DNA of 64,000 nt from Dehalococcoidia bacterium. GTDB lineage: Bacteria; Chloroflexota; Dehalococcoidia; Bin125. The stretch spans positions 552,125-616,124 of the forward strand of contig OZ252031.1 in the NCBI GenBank assembly GCA_965247775.1, read 5' to 3'. This document shows positions 1 to 10,597 of this stretch, in pieces (the stretch's first letter is position 1; each line of letters begins with the position of its first letter). The translations under genes and the position numbers were made by a program. Under the pieces are notes generated by a model, which was given only the letters and a program-made list of their open reading frames with translations, searched no databases and was not told where the DNA came from.

Positions 1-606
1 CTCGTCGTCCAGGAGACGATCTTCACGCGGCGTGGCGTCGATCGCGTGATTCGCTTTGCCCTGGCACTTGCCGAGTCCCGCCCGGCCAAGCACCTGACCT
101 CAGCCACGAAGTCCAACGGCATCATTCACACGATGCCGTATTGGGACGAACGATTCGCCGTCCTCTCCGCGCAGCACCCCAATATCACCGTGGACCAGTA
201 CCACATCGATATCCTCACGGCGCACTTCGTCCTACATCCAGACTGGTTCGATGTCGTTGTGGGCAGCAACCTCTTCGGCGACATCCTCTCTGACCTCGGA
301 CCGGCGGTCGCCGGAACAATCGGCATCGCCCCCTCGGCGAATATCAACCCTGAGCGGGAGTATCCCTCCATGTTCGAGCCGGTCCATGGCTCCGCGCCCG
401 ACATCGCCGGACAGGGCATCGCCAATCCCATCGCGCAAATCTGGTCCGGCGCCATGATGCTCGACCATCTCGGCCAGGGGGAGGCGGCGCGCTGCGTGGA
501 GCGGGCGATCGAAGCCGTAATCGCGGATCCCCGCTGGCACACACCCGACATGGGCGGCGCTGCGACCACCGCCGAAGTCGGTAGGGCCGTCGCAGCGGCC
601 CTCTAG
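1..606 (+). CDS. NAD-dependent beta-decarboxylating dehydrogenase (tartrate / 3-isopropylmalate dehydrogenase family), C-terminal part; 5' end outside window
   Basis: Frame 1 is open from nt 1. The ORF-track 46..606 protein contains GSNLFGDILSDLGPAVAGTIGIAPSANINP and FEPVHGSAPDIAGQGIANP, the conserved C-terminal core of this family. Confidence 0.8.
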   Translation, partial: LVVQETIFTRRGVDRVIRFALALAESRPAKHLTSATKSNGIIHTMPYWDERFAVLSAQHPNITVDQYHIDILTAHFVLHPDWFDVVVGSNLFGDILSDLGPAVAGTIGIAPSANINPEREYPSMFEPVHGSAPDIAGQGIANPIAQIWSGAMMLDHLGQGEAARCVERAIEAVIADPRWHTPDMGGAATTAEVGRAVAAAL

Positions 607-737
607 CTCGCCCCGCCAGGAAAGCCGCTCGCCCATTGCCGGTGGGGTTCCGAACCTGGCCGATCCGGGCCTCATCGACGCACCGATCTCCCAGCACATC
701 CAACGGGACCGGACGCCGCCGGCGCTACGCGCAGACG

Positions 738-1181
738 CTACCCCAGCGCCGCCACCCCGGCCTGCGCCACCTCCATGTCTTGCGGGTAGGAGCCGCCGCT
801 CGTGCCGATCGCCCCGATCACCTGCCCGCTCTGCTGCAGCGGGTAGCCGCCGCCGATCATGATGAACCGCTCAATAAAGCCGATCCCATGGAGCAGCGCC
901 GGATCGTCCTTGATCACGTCGTACCACTGGTCGGTCGAGAGCCCGAAGCCTGCCGCGGTATAGGCCTTGTCGTTCGCCACTCCGATCGACGGCAGCGGCG
1001 CCCCGTCCATGCGCAGCAGGCCCTTGAGATGCCCGGCGTCGTCCAGCACCGAAATCACCATCGCCACACCCATCTCGGTGGCCTTGGCCTCCGCTGCCGC
1101 GATCACCTGCTTCGCCGCCTCCGCGCTGATGGTCTCTTTCGTCACGGTCGTCGCCATCTCGGTCCCTTTCTTGTCTGCCAT
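738..1181 (-). CDS. GlcG/HbpS-like (DUF336) family protein
   Basis: 147-aa ORF with GVAMVISVLDDAGHL ... GGGYPL ... GAIGTSGGS, the pattern typical of GlcG/DUF336 proteins. Confidence 0.7.
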   Translation of the reverse strand: MADKKGTEMATTVTKETISAEAAKQVIAAAEAKATEMGVAMVISVLDDAGHLKGLLRMDGAPLPSIGVANDKAYTAAGFGLSTDQWYDVIKDDPALLHGIGFIERFIMIGGGYPLQQSGQVIGAIGTSGGSYPQDMEVAQAGVAALG

Positions 1182-1214
1182 AGAGCGCCAGGCTCAGGCG
1201 CTGTGTGGGGCAGC

Positions 1215-2441
1215 CTAGTGAGACGTAGATCCCACCGTCGGTTCGAGGGCCACCCCTCTTCTCCGGCCATTCCGTCCAAGGTCAACCCGGGTCGCCTTCA
1301 CAAAGTCCGGATCAATGGTCACCCCTAGCCCCGGGCCATCAGGCACCGCGATCATCCCGTCCGTCACCGTGACGCCCTCGACTGCCAACTCTCGCAGCAT
1401 GGGATTGGCGCCAACCGGGTACTCCACGATGAACCCCGTCGAGGCCGCCGCCGTCGCGTGCAAACCCGCAGCGAAGTTCAGCGCGCCGCCCCAAAGATGA
1501 GGGGCAAAGCGGATCTGGAAGGCGCTGCAGATCGCCTCGATCCGCATCAATTCCGTGATCCCGCCCGCGATCGCTGGGTCGGGTTGGAGCACGTCCACGG
1601 CTCGCAGCTCCGCCAACTCGCGGAAGGGAAAGCGCGTCGCTTCGCGCTCGCCGGTCGCAATCGGTATATCCGTGGCGGTCCGAACATCCACCAATCCACG
1701 GAAGTCGTCGCCGCTGAGCGGCTCTTCCAGCCAATCGATGTTGGCATCCGCCACACCCCGGCAGAAGCGCTTCGCCTCCGCCACATTGAAGGTTCCGTGG
1801 GCGTCGCACATGATCGCGGTCTCGTCCCCCAGTCCGCCCCGTGCGGCGTTCACCCGGGCGATCGAGTTCGCCACGGTCCCATCAGCCGCCCCCACCCGCA
1901 TCTTGACTGCCCGGAACTGCCCCTGGTCCAGGAAGCCTTGGAGCTCCTCCGCGATGCGATCCACCGGCGCCCACCCGCCGGACGCGTAGGCGGGGAGCGC
2001 CTCCTGCCTGCGTCCACCCAGCAACTGTGAGACCGGCGCGTCAAGAGATTTCCCCAGCAAGTCCCAGAGCGCCATGTCGATACCGCTGATCGCGCCCATG
2101 CCATGCCCGCGGCTCCCGACCGTAGGGAAGCTGCGTCCACGTGCGATCGCGTAATGGGCTCGCGAGCCGTTGTACATGACGTCCCAGAGACGGCTGATCT
2201 GGCGTGCGTCCGCCCCGATGATCATGGGCGCCAGATCCTCTTCGATCAGCGCGCACGTCGCCCCGCAGTTCGCCACGCTGCCAACACTCGCCTTCGCCTC
2301 CCCGTATCCGATGAGGCCCCCTGCGTGCACTTCCACCAGCACCATGTCGAATGCGTCCACGCGCCCGTAGTCGCTCGTGTGCTGCTGCGCGGCGGGGATG
2401 TCGGCGTGCAGCCACGTCGCCGTGATAGATTCGATTTTCAT
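1215..2441 (-). CDS. Enolase-superfamily enzyme (mandelate racemase / muconate lactonizing enzyme family)
   Basis: ORF track 1215..2648. Start trimmed to ATG 2441 (MKIESITATW), preceded by GGAGGAG. Carries the family motifs KMRVG, IMCDAHG, DWLEEP and ATGE. Confidence 0.85.
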   Translation of the reverse strand: MKIESITATWLHADIPAAQQHTSDYGRVDAFDMVLVEVHAGGLIGYGEAKASVGSVANCGATCALIEEDLAPMIIGADARQISRLWDVMYNGSRAHYAIARGRSFPTVGSRGHGMGAISGIDMALWDLLGKSLDAPVSQLLGGRRQEALPAYASGGWAPVDRIAEELQGFLDQGQFRAVKMRVGAADGTVANSIARVNAARGGLGDETAIMCDAHGTFNVAEAKRFCRGVADANIDWLEEPLSGDDFRGLVDVRTATDIPIATGEREATRFPFRELAELRAVDVLQPDPAIAGGITELMRIEAICSAFQIRFAPHLWGGALNFAAGLHATAAASTGFIVEYPVGANPMLRELAVEGVTVTDGMIAVPDGPGLGVTIDPDFVKATRVDLGRNGRRRGVALEPTVGSTSH

Positions 2442-2998
2442 GGGACGCTCCTCCGGCCGCGACGCATTGCTGTGCTTGCGCGCCAGCCGGCAGGAACCTA
2501 CCGCCCGCCGCAGCGCAGATCCGTCCCCCAACGAACGGTCGCCAGAGATGGATGATCCGCCACGCGCGACGCCGGTGGGAGTCTCCCAGCCACTCGAGCG
2601 CCCCACGCTCCGCGGTCGCGCCGCCTGCACCGCCGGCCCACCCGCCACTTCCCAGCGGCGCCATCTTCACTCTCGATGACTCCAGGACGCGGCGCCTGAG
2701 GCCAGGCGCCGCCGCCCCGGATGCGTCGCGGAACAGCACAGGCAGTATGCACTCGTACTGACGAAGCCTGTGCTATACTTTGAGGTAGCTTCATCCGAGG
2801 TGGCTTCCACCCCGTCGCTGCGCGGACGGGAATGGCCCTGCGGGAGCAGCCGATGACAGCAGGCAGGGGCGGCGTGTCTCGCCTCTACGACGCACTCCAC
2901 ACCGCGGTCATGGATCGCGCGACCAGCACGCCGCCCAGAGCGCCTACTACCATCTGATCCGGGCCGAACGGCCGCTCCACGAGGTCATCAGCGAATCC

Positions 2999-4558
2999 GT
3001 GAGGATCCACGCCCCCTATACCCACGTCCCCTACCATCAGCGCCTTGACAACGGCATCGTCCGCTTCGTCAACAACGACCATTGCCTCTCCAGCGAGCGC
3101 ATCGCCTACCGCATGCCGGAGTACCTCCCCAGCGGCTATGAACACCTCCCGATGGCCCAGGCCCTGTGGTACATCCCGATCGGACTCGACCCCTGGAACC
3201 AACTCCTGGGGCGAATGCCCGGGCATTACGGCTACGCTGCCTACGAGCCGGAGAAGCACGCCACGCCCCAAGCCCCGGAGGTCCACGTGTCGGACCAGGA
3301 GCCCCTCCACATCGAAGGGACGCCGGAGGAGCAACGCAACGAGTGGCTCACCCTTGTGCAGATCGGCGACGCCACCCGCGCCTATCGCGTCTGGCTGGGG
3401 ATCTGGGAGTCGGTGCCCGAGCACCGAGACGATCTCCTCGCCCAGTACGTCTTCGCCGGCCTCATCAACGTGCAAGACCGCATCCTCAACAACCGCTCCT
3501 ACACAACGGGCCACAAGAGCCACCGTGCCCGCGCCGTCGTAGAACTCGGCGAGCGCATCGGCTGGGAGCACGCGCGCCACGTGATCTACGCCGGCGTCCC
3601 GGACATGGCGGTGGGCCCCAACTATCACCAGATTTATGAAGCGGCCTGTCAGATCGCGCTCTACACCTGGGAGGACGAGCCGCCACCTTCCTCCATGTCA
3701 CCAACACCGTTCGTCCTCAGCAAGGACCGGGAGTACTTTCGCAACGACGAGCCCCTGTCCCCTGCCGAGAGCGAGGCCCTGCTCCGCGCCATCCTGCGAG
3801 AGCGCGATCCCGCCTACACCAACGGGATCACGACGCTCTTGCGCGACGGGAAAGGCCCGCGACACATCCTGGACCTCATCCAGATCGCGGCCGCACGCAA
3901 TGTGCTGGAGTCGCGCGTTCCGGATGCCTTCAACATGTCACATCACGGCTACCAGTACACCAACAGCCTGGCCTGGTTCTACGACCGCTTCGATCACCCC
4001 CACAAGACGAAGCTGCTCTACGTCGCCGCGGACTTCATTAATCAGATCTCGCACTACGTCCAGGAACTGCCGGGCAACGCTCGCTCGATCGTGAGCCCCC
4101 CACCGGGTGCCGACGCCCTCTCGGGGCCGCAGATCCTCAACCGGCTCGACAGCGCCATGGTGCGCCTCGACATGGAAGAAAGCGTCACCTGGGCGCAGAC
4201 CTACCTCCACGGCGAGCATTCCCGCCGGGCCATGATCGAAACGCTGGCGCTCGGGGCCGCCAAATTCGGCAATGACCCCCACAATCAGGAAATCTCCACA
4301 TGCTTCCTCGAGGACTACTACCGCAACCGATCCCCCTACCGCGATGAACTCCTCCTCGCCGCCGCGCACCACGCCGCCGGCCATCGCAAGTACCTGAACT
4401 ATCTGGAGTCCTTCCAGCGCTACGCGCGGGAGTGGGGGGTCGCCTCGGCGCCTTTCCCCGACGCCCTCGGTGACGATGAGAACCCCGCCCTGGAGGACAT
4501 CGAGGAGTACAGCGGCGGTGGCGTCGGCGACGTCGCAGCCCCGCCCATCGTCAGCTGA
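2999..4558 (+). CDS. Hypothetical protein (519 aa), family not recognised
   Basis: Long ORF with a balanced amino-acid composition. The overlapping minus-strand ORFs are Arg/Gly/Ala-rich shadow frames. Confidence 0.55.
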   Translation: MRIHAPYTHVPYHQRLDNGIVRFVNNDHCLSSERIAYRMPEYLPSGYEHLPMAQALWYIPIGLDPWNQLLGRMPGHYGYAAYEPEKHATPQAPEVHVSDQEPLHIEGTPEEQRNEWLTLVQIGDATRAYRVWLGIWESVPEHRDDLLAQYVFAGLINVQDRILNNRSYTTGHKSHRARAVVELGERIGWEHARHVIYAGVPDMAVGPNYHQIYEAACQIALYTWEDEPPPSSMSPTPFVLSKDREYFRNDEPLSPAESEALLRAILRERDPAYTNGITTLLRDGKGPRHILDLIQIAAARNVLESRVPDAFNMSHHGYQYTNSLAWFYDRFDHPHKTKLLYVAADFINQISHYVQELPGNARSIVSPPPGADALSGPQILNRLDSAMVRLDMEESVTWAQTYLHGEHSRRAMIETLALGAAKFGNDPHNQEISTCFLEDYYRNRSPYRDELLLAAAHHAAGHRKYLNYLESFQRYAREWGVASAPFPDALGDDENPALEDIEEYSGGGVGDVAAPPIVS

Positions 4559-5020
4559 GGCCCCCGCCCCTTCGTCCCAACCGGTGATGGGTTTCCACGG
4601 CGACGTCGCGCCCCAGTGAAGCTGGGCTTCCGCCCCACCCGCGCACACCCGCTCCAGCTCCCCAAGCAGCGGCACGATCGGATGGGCGGTCCGCTCCAGG
4701 TCCGTCCGCACACCTGCGAGGGCGCGCGATCCGAACTCGGCGTTACTCGCGATCTCTCGCGCCGCCGGCTCGGCAATCATCTGCCTGCGCGCCCGCCAGC
4801 GCCGTCTCCACGTCGAGTCTCGCCCTGCACCACACCGCTTGCGTGAAGAGCGCCCGGATCCCCACAGGCGGTCGCTGCGAACTCGCGGATGCCGCGCTGT
4901 CCACCTTCCAGCCCGGCATCCGCCTCGCGCGCGGCCGCGCCTGCTAGCATGCCGAGGTCCGCGCCGCCGCACGTCGCTTCAATGTGCAGGTGTGAAGTTC
5001 AGGTAGAGGGGTGGTGGCGG

Positions 5021-5644
5021 ATGCTACGAGTGCACGTGCATCGGCGAATGATGACCGTCGCCCCCCTGATCGTCCTGGGAACGCTCCTCCCCGTCGCCTG
5101 CGCCGGCGATGAGGAGGCTGCCGATCCCGGCGATGCTGCGGCGGCTCCCGCTGCGGATGCCGTCGGTGAGGAAGCGGTCGGCGAGGAGCTTGTGCAGGCC
5201 CTTGGGGACGCGCTGTACTTCGAACAGCTGCGCGTGCTGCTGGCGGAATATACGGCGCTGCACAACACATTCGAGCAGAACACGTTCGGCCGCGTCAGCG
5301 CCACCACCGATCCCACGCAGGCCGCGGGCTTTCTCGCAGCCTTCTATTCAGCCTCAGCCGAGCTTGCGCAGGAGGTTCGTGAGGCCCTGGAGAGCCTCGA
5401 GCCCCCGCCCAACGCAGAGGACGCGCACCTGCGCCTCCTCGCAACCGTCGCCGATCGGCAGGAGATCAGCAGCCAGATCGCCCGGGCGATCGGGCTGAAC
5501 GACGATTCCGAGCAGGGCCGCCAGGAGGCGCGGGACTTGGTGGCACAGGAGGAAGTGATCAGGGAGAGCGAGCAGGCGGTCTGCGCCCGGCTCCAGGAAA
5601 TCGCGGCCGCAACCGGGTTCCCCGTCTCCCTGGCCTGCGCCTGA
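5021..5644 (+). CDS. Putative secreted/lipoprotein, unknown function
   Basis: ORF track 4889..5644. The internal ATG at 5021 gives MLRVHVHRRMMTVAPLIVLGTLLPVAC, a basic n-region, hydrophobic core and lipobox-like VAC. Confidence 0.5.
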   Translation: MLRVHVHRRMMTVAPLIVLGTLLPVACAGDEEAADPGDAAAAPAADAVGEEAVGEELVQALGDALYFEQLRVLLAEYTALHNTFEQNTFGRVSATTDPTQAAGFLAAFYSASAELAQEVREALESLEPPPNAEDAHLRLLATVADRQEISSQIARAIGLNDDSEQGRQEARDLVAQEEVIRESEQAVCARLQEIAAATGFPVSLACA

Positions 5645-5691
5645 GCGCACACCGCCCGCCCTGGCGCGTCCCGTTCCGGGACGACTCCGAG

Positions 5692-6408
5692 CTAGCCGGC
5701 CCCCAGATACAGCTCCCGCATGAGCCCGGTTTCCTGCATCTCGACCAGGGGCCCCTCGGCAGCGATCGCGCCGGTCTGCATCAGATAGCCCCGTGACGAC
5801 GTCCCCAGCGCAAGGCTCGCGTTCTGCTCAACCAGCAACACAGAGGCGCCAAACCGGTCGCGCAGGCCAAGGATGATCCCCGCAAGGTCACGCACCAGCA
5901 CCGGAGAGAGCCCCAGCGACGGCTCGTCCAGCAGGATCACCTTGGGATGCGCCATCACGCCCCGGGCAATCGCGAGCATCTGCTGCTGGCCGCCGCTCAA
6001 GTCGCTCCCCTGCGCATCGAGCCGGTCGCGCAGGATCGGGAAGTAGTTCAGCACTCGCTCCAGATCCTCATTCACGTCGGCCCGATTCCCCCGGGTGTAG
6101 GCCCCCAGCTCCAGATTGTCCTGCACGGTCATCCCCACGAAGATCTTGCGGCCCTCCGGGACAAGGCTGATCCCCGCCTGCGCCGCGCGATCGGCCGACC
6201 ACGATGTGATTTCACGGTCCTGGAACCGGATGCGCCCCTGAGTTGGACGGATCGACCCCGCGATCGCTCGGAGCAGGGTGGTCTTGCCCGCCCCGTTCGG
6301 TCCCAGGATCGTGACGATCTCTCCCTCGTCGAGCGTGACGTCCACGCCACGATGGACCTGCGTCCGCCCGTACGCCGTGTGGAGGTTGCTAACTTCCAGC
6401 AGTGCCAA
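5692..6408 (-). CDS. livF: Branched-chain amino acid ABC transporter ATP-binding protein LivF
   Basis: Walker A GPNGAGKTT, signature LSGGQQQMLAIARG, Walker B ILLDEPSLGL. Overlaps the upstream livG end by 20 nt. Confidence 0.85.
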   Translation of the reverse strand: MALLEVSNLHTAYGRTQVHRGVDVTLDEGEIVTILGPNGAGKTTLLRAIAGSIRPTQGRIRFQDREITSWSADRAAQAGISLVPEGRKIFVGMTVQDNLELGAYTRGNRADVNEDLERVLNYFPILRDRLDAQGSDLSGGQQQMLAIARGVMAHPKVILLDEPSLGLSPVLVRDLAGIILGLRDRFGASVLLVEQNASLALGTSSRGYLMQTGAIAAEGPLVEMQETGLMRELYLGAG

Positions 6409-7162
6409 CGTCTTCTCCCAAATAGACTTCTAACACCTTGGGATCGTTGCGAACGGTCTCCGGCAGCCCTTCCGCGATCTTGTGTCCGAAATCCAAGACC
6501 ACCAGGCGCTGGCAGAGGTCCATCATCATCTTCATGTCATGGTCAATCACGACAACAGTAATCCCTCGAGCGGCGATCGCCTGAAGCAACGCACTCAGAT
6601 CGGCCGTCTCACTGTCGTTGAGCCCAGCGGCGGGCTCATCGGCCATCAGCATGCGCGGGTGCCCCCCGAGCGCGATGCCCACCCCCAGCCGCCTAAGATT
6701 CCCGAAGCCCAGATTGGTCGCCGTTTCGGAGCCGAACCCCTGCAACCCCACGAAATCCAGGATCTCCCGCGCGGTCCCCAGCCCCGAGTAGTCGGCCTCC
6801 TCCGGGTCCAACTTCGGCCGATGCTGGCAGGCAACCTGCACGTTGTCGAGGACGGTCAGATCCACGAATGCCATCGCCTGCTGAAAGGTACGGATCAGAC
6901 CGTGCTTGGCCACCTTCGGCGGAGCCATCCCGGTGATGTCCTTGCCGAGCCAGCTCACGTGTCCCGCCGTGGGCTTGTGCACCCCCGAGATCGTGTTAAA
7001 GAGCGTCGTCTTCCCGGAGCCGTTCGGCCCGATGATCCCGAGAATCTCCCCGTCGTAAACCTCGAGATCGATGCCGTCCAGCGCCAGCACCCCGCCAAAG
7101 TGTTTCTTCAACCCGCGGATCTCGAGGATCGGCGTCCCTTCTGCCGTGGGAGCCTCTGTCAT
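6389..7162 (-). CDS. livG: Branched-chain amino acid ABC transporter ATP-binding protein LivG
   Basis: ORF track 6389..7507. Start trimmed to ATG 7162 (MTEAPTAEGTPILEIRGLKKHFGG). Walker A GPNGSGKTT, Walker B LMADEPAAGL. Confidence 0.85.
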   Translation of the reverse strand: MTEAPTAEGTPILEIRGLKKHFGGVLALDGIDLEVYDGEILGIIGPNGSGKTTLFNTISGVHKPTAGHVSWLGKDITGMAPPKVAKHGLIRTFQQAMAFVDLTVLDNVQVACQHRPKLDPEEADYSGLGTAREILDFVGLQGFGSETATNLGFGNLRRLGVGIALGGHPRMLMADEPAAGLNDSETADLSALLQAIAARGITVVVIDHDMKMMMDLCQRLVVLDFGHKIAEGLPETVRNDPKVLEVYLGEDVGTAGS

Positions 7163-7196
7163 AGGAGTCCCCTTACTATCGCCTTGCTGAGCGACC

Positions 7197-8957
7197 TCAG
7201 CGGGCCGCGTACGTGTCCTCCCCCGCTGCCGGCGCGGGCGGGCCGGGGCGTAGGTCATCGTACATCCCGTGCACGTCCGCCCCATGGACGCGCGCCACGT
7301 GGTTCGTGGGCGCCACCGGCTCCTCGTAGAAGAACGTCGGCAACTCATCGTCCGCTTCTGTGAATCCCGCCGTCCGGTTGAACTCGTGCTCAAGCACGAG
7401 CACCCCGCGGCCCAAGGCCTCAAAGAAGCTTTCATCCAGGCTGGTCCCGTGGGCCGCGTTGATCGCCTCCGCGATAAACGCGACGTTGGGGTTCGTGACG
7501 CTCCCACCGAACGAGCACAACCCCAGCGAGTCCGCTGCGGCGATCCGCGTCTGCTGCGCCAAGCTCTGGGCGACCACCTCCCCCACCGTCATCTCCCGCG
7601 TGTTCAAGCGCGCAAGGTTGCCCACCGTGTGATCGGCGCCCTGCGCTGTGGCCATCATGGAGATCCCCGTCCCCTCGATGACCCGCGGATCGTATGCGCT
7701 GATCGCCTGCCGCTTGATCACCGGCACACGCGCCACCCCGTAGTGGTCACCCACCCGCGCGGTTCCCTGCGCCCAGATCCGGCCCTTCTCCGTTCCCCGC
7801 CGGATCTCCTCCAAACATTCCGCCATGAACGCCTTGTCGCCGAATGATCCCTCGCCGGCTTCCATGAGCACGGCAAGCGTGGCGCCGGTCTCGATCGTGT
7901 CGATCCCCAAGTCGTTCGCGATGTAGTTCAACTCCGCGAGGTCGTCAGGATCCGTCAGTCCGCAGTTCGATCCCAGCAACCCGAGTGTCTCGTACTCGAC
8001 CGGCGACACCACCTCCTTGCCATCCGCGTCGTGATACAGATTGCTGCACTGGATCACACACCCCGGCATGCAGGCATGTGACTGCTCCCCACCCCGCGAT
8101 GTGTTCAATGGGCCGATGTAATCCGCGCCCATCTTGAACGTTTCGCCCGCCTCTACATCCGCCAGCCGGCCGGCGCTGAAGTTCCGCACAGGCAAGCCGC
8201 CCATGTAGTTCTGGATGTCCGCCATCCCCATCGTGCCCAGCGGTTTCAGGGAACTCTGGATGACTTCATCCTCCTGGAGCATCTTGGCGTAGCCTCGGAT
8301 TGCCTGGTTCACCTTCTTGGCGTCTTCGAAGGCCGGGAGCCGATCCAGATCCACCACGATCGCCTTGACGCGCTTCGCGCCCATCACCGCACCCACTCCA
8401 CCCCGCGCCGCCAGCCGCGACGGCCGGCCGTCCTTGTCGGTGAAGCTCACGCCCGCCAGCAAGCCCTCGTACTCGCCCACCGGCCCACAGATCGCAACGG
8501 CGATTTTCTTGCCGTACTTCGCGATCAATTCCTCGGTGGCTTCGAAGTTCCCGATCCCGAGGTACGCGTCGGCGTCATCAAAGTCGATCCCCCCGCCCCT
8601 CTTCAAGTGCAGGACCACCCAGTCCGACGACGCATCGAGCAGCGTCAGCCCAGCAACCCCCAGTTGCCCCAGGCCGTAGCCGAACGTGCCGCCCCCGTTG
8701 GCCTCCTTCACTCCCCCCGTCAGCGGACTCTTGCATCCCACGCTCGTGCGGTTCGCGTTCGAGAAACTCGTCCCCGCAAAGGGGCCAGCCGAGAAGATCA
8801 ACGGATTCTCTGGCCCTATCGGATCCACCTTCGCGACGTGACGCTCCAGCAGCGTCTTCGCGATCAGGTATCGCCCCGCGTTGACGATCTCCTCGCCGTG
8901 TAGATCCCGGGTCGCCACCGTCTTGTCGCGAAGATGGATGTCGTGGAACACGCGCAT
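7197..8957 (-). CDS. Aldehyde:ferredoxin oxidoreductase (AOR family, W/Mo-pterin enzyme)
   Basis: ORF track 7197..9083. ATG 8957 is preceded by GGAG. The N-terminus MRVFHDIHL...GGRYLIAKTL...SAGPFAGT...CKSPLTGG matches the AOR N-domain; length 587 aa. Confidence 0.85.
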   Translation of the reverse strand: MRVFHDIHLRDKTVATRDLHGEEIVNAGRYLIAKTLLERHVAKVDPIGPENPLIFSAGPFAGTSFSNANRTSVGCKSPLTGGVKEANGGGTFGYGLGQLGVAGLTLLDASSDWVVLHLKRGGGIDFDDADAYLGIGNFEATEELIAKYGKKIAVAICGPVGEYEGLLAGVSFTDKDGRPSRLAARGGVGAVMGAKRVKAIVVDLDRLPAFEDAKKVNQAIRGYAKMLQEDEVIQSSLKPLGTMGMADIQNYMGGLPVRNFSAGRLADVEAGETFKMGADYIGPLNTSRGGEQSHACMPGCVIQCSNLYHDADGKEVVSPVEYETLGLLGSNCGLTDPDDLAELNYIANDLGIDTIETGATLAVLMEAGEGSFGDKAFMAECLEEIRRGTEKGRIWAQGTARVGDHYGVARVPVIKRQAISAYDPRVIEGTGISMMATAQGADHTVGNLARLNTREMTVGEVVAQSLAQQTRIAAADSLGLCSFGGSVTNPNVAFIAEAINAAHGTSLDESFFEALGRGVLVLEHEFNRTAGFTEADDELPTFFYEEPVAPTNHVARVHGADVHGMYDDLRPGPPAPAAGEDTYAAR

Positions 8958-9171
8958 CGACAACTCCTGACCGCCTGGATAGCGAGCGGACCCATGAATG
9001 AAGCGCCCGATCAACGCTCCCCGGACGATCGATGGTCCACCGGCGAGCGCGACCACGGCGTCAGCGCGCTCGCACAGCTTCACGTCACACGATGGTCAGC
9101 GCCACTTGCACGTCGCCCGCATCAGGCCCGTGACTCGGACCTCAAGCGTATCGGCAGAGTCTTGAAGTTGC

Positions 9172-9230
9172 CCGGCACCGGGTCTGTCACCAGGCGGACA
9201 TTACTTATGTCTGGGTGGCGCCGGTGCCGG
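9172..9230. promoter_or_regulatory. Imperfect long hairpin with a central AT-rich palindrome in the divergent AOR / LLM intergenic region
   Basis: CCGGCACCGG (9172..9181) pairs with CCGGTGCCGG (9221..9230). The centre is GACATTACTTATGTC (9197..9211), a 5+5 palindrome. Confidence 0.3.
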
Positions 9231-9427
9231 ACCCGCCGGTTCGACGATCGCTCCCCCTGAAACCAGAGATCGTCGGCCAGCGAACAGTGGTCCAGGCACC
9301 TGCTGCTAGCCTCGCGCGGCAAGAATGCCCGCTACAGTTGGGGCCGCGCCCCAGCGACTCGCGCCGCAGGGGATAGCTCGCACAGCCCAGCGCGCCAGAG
9401 GCACAGCCCCACAATTCGGAGGACACC

Positions 9428-10597
9428 GTGACCGGACGACTCAAGGTCGGCATGTTCCTAGCCCCGTTCCATGCCCTTGGGGAGAGTCCCACAATGTCCA
9501 TGGCGCGCGACATGGAGCTCATCGAGTGGATGGATGAAATCGGCTACGACGCCTGTTTCGTCGGTGAGCACCACAGCGGCGGCTGGGAAACCATCGGCTC
9601 GCCGGAGATCTTCATCGCCGCCGCCGCCGAGCGCACCCGCCACATCAAGCTAGGCACCGGCGTCGTCAGCTTGCCGTACCACCATCCCCTCATGGTCGCC
9701 GACCGCTTCATCCAGCTCGATCACATGACCCGCGGCCGCGTGATCATGGGGGTCGGCCCGGGCGCCCTGGCGAACGACGCCTACATGATGGGCATCGACC
9801 CCATCGTCCAGCGCGAGCGCATGTACGAGTCCCTCAGCCTCATCATGCGCCTGTTCCGCGGCGAGACCGTCACGCACAAGTCGGACTGGTTCGAGATGCG
9901 CGACGCGCGGGTGCAGTTCCAGCCCTACAGCGATCCGCACCCCGATGTGGTCGTTGCGGCGCTGATCTCGCCCTCCGGCATGGTGCTCGCCGGCCAGGAG
10001 GGCGTCGGCGTCGTCAGCATGCCCAACCTCGTCCCCGCTCCCCCGAAGAACCTCGCCGAATGGTGGGAGATCGCGGAAAACTCGGCCGCCGAGAACAACC
10101 AGACGATCGACCGCGCCAACTGGTGGGTGGGCGCCCCAGTCTACGTCGCGGAATCGCGCGCGCAGGCCTTCGAGGACGTTCGCGAGGGCGCCAATCGCTT
10201 CTACCAGGGGTACTTCGTGGATACGATGGGCATGCCCCCGGGCGAAGGCGACCACCTGGATCAAGCTATCGCGCGCAAGGGCGCCTTCGTCGGGACGCCG
10301 GACGACGTCATTGAGGCGATCGAAGACCTCCAGGCCGAAACCGGCGGTTTTGGCGGCTTTCTGCACACCCACCACGAATGGGCCACGCGCGAGAAGATCC
10401 TGCGCAGTCATGAACTCTTCGCTCGCTACGTGCTGCCGCAACTCCAGGGACACCTGGCCTCGCTGCGGGAGTCGAACGCCTGGGTGAGACTCCGCCAGCA
10501 GGAGATCTTCGGTACCCAACCCGACGTGATGCGCAAGGCGTTTCAGGATGCCAACCAGGAGGTACCGGAGGCCTTCGCCGCGCCGGAGGGTGCTTAA
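9428..10597 (+). CDS. LLM-class flavin-dependent oxidoreductase (luciferase-like monooxygenase)
   Basis: 389-aa ORF with a GTG start. Carries FLAPFH...DACFVGEHH...RIKLGTGVVSLPYHHP...DHMTRGRVIMGVGPG, typical of LLM enzymes. Confidence 0.8.
   Translation: MTGRLKVGMFLAPFHALGESPTMSMARDMELIEWMDEIGYDACFVGEHHSGGWETIGSPEIFIAAAAERTRHIKLGTGVVSLPYHHPLMVADRFIQLDHMTRGRVIMGVGPGALANDAYMMGIDPIVQRERMYESLSLIMRLFRGETVTHKSDWFEMRDARVQFQPYSDPHPDVVVAALISPSGMVLAGQEGVGVVSMPNLVPAPPKNLAEWWEIAENSAAENNQTIDRANWWVGAPVYVAESRAQAFEDVREGANRFYQGYFVDTMGMPPGEGDHLDQAIARKGAFVGTPDDVIEAIEDLQAETGGFGGFLHTHHEWATREKILRSHELFARYVLPQLQGHLASLRESNAWVRLRQQEIFGTQPDVMRKAFQDANQEVPEAFAAPEGA

Noticed and set aside
2885-4972. Minus-strand ORFs 2885..3628 and 3938..4972
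   Set aside because: They overlap the 519-aa plus-strand ORF and have low-complexity Arg/Gly-rich products. A short piece near 4600-4800 (MIAEPAAREIASNAEFGS...) might be real, but it has no stop before running antisense into the neighbouring gene.
8958-9171. Possible Moco/Tuco riboswitch upstream of the AOR gene
   Set aside because: I could not recognise the conserved riboswitch core by eye. This needs an Infernal/Rfam scan before any claim.
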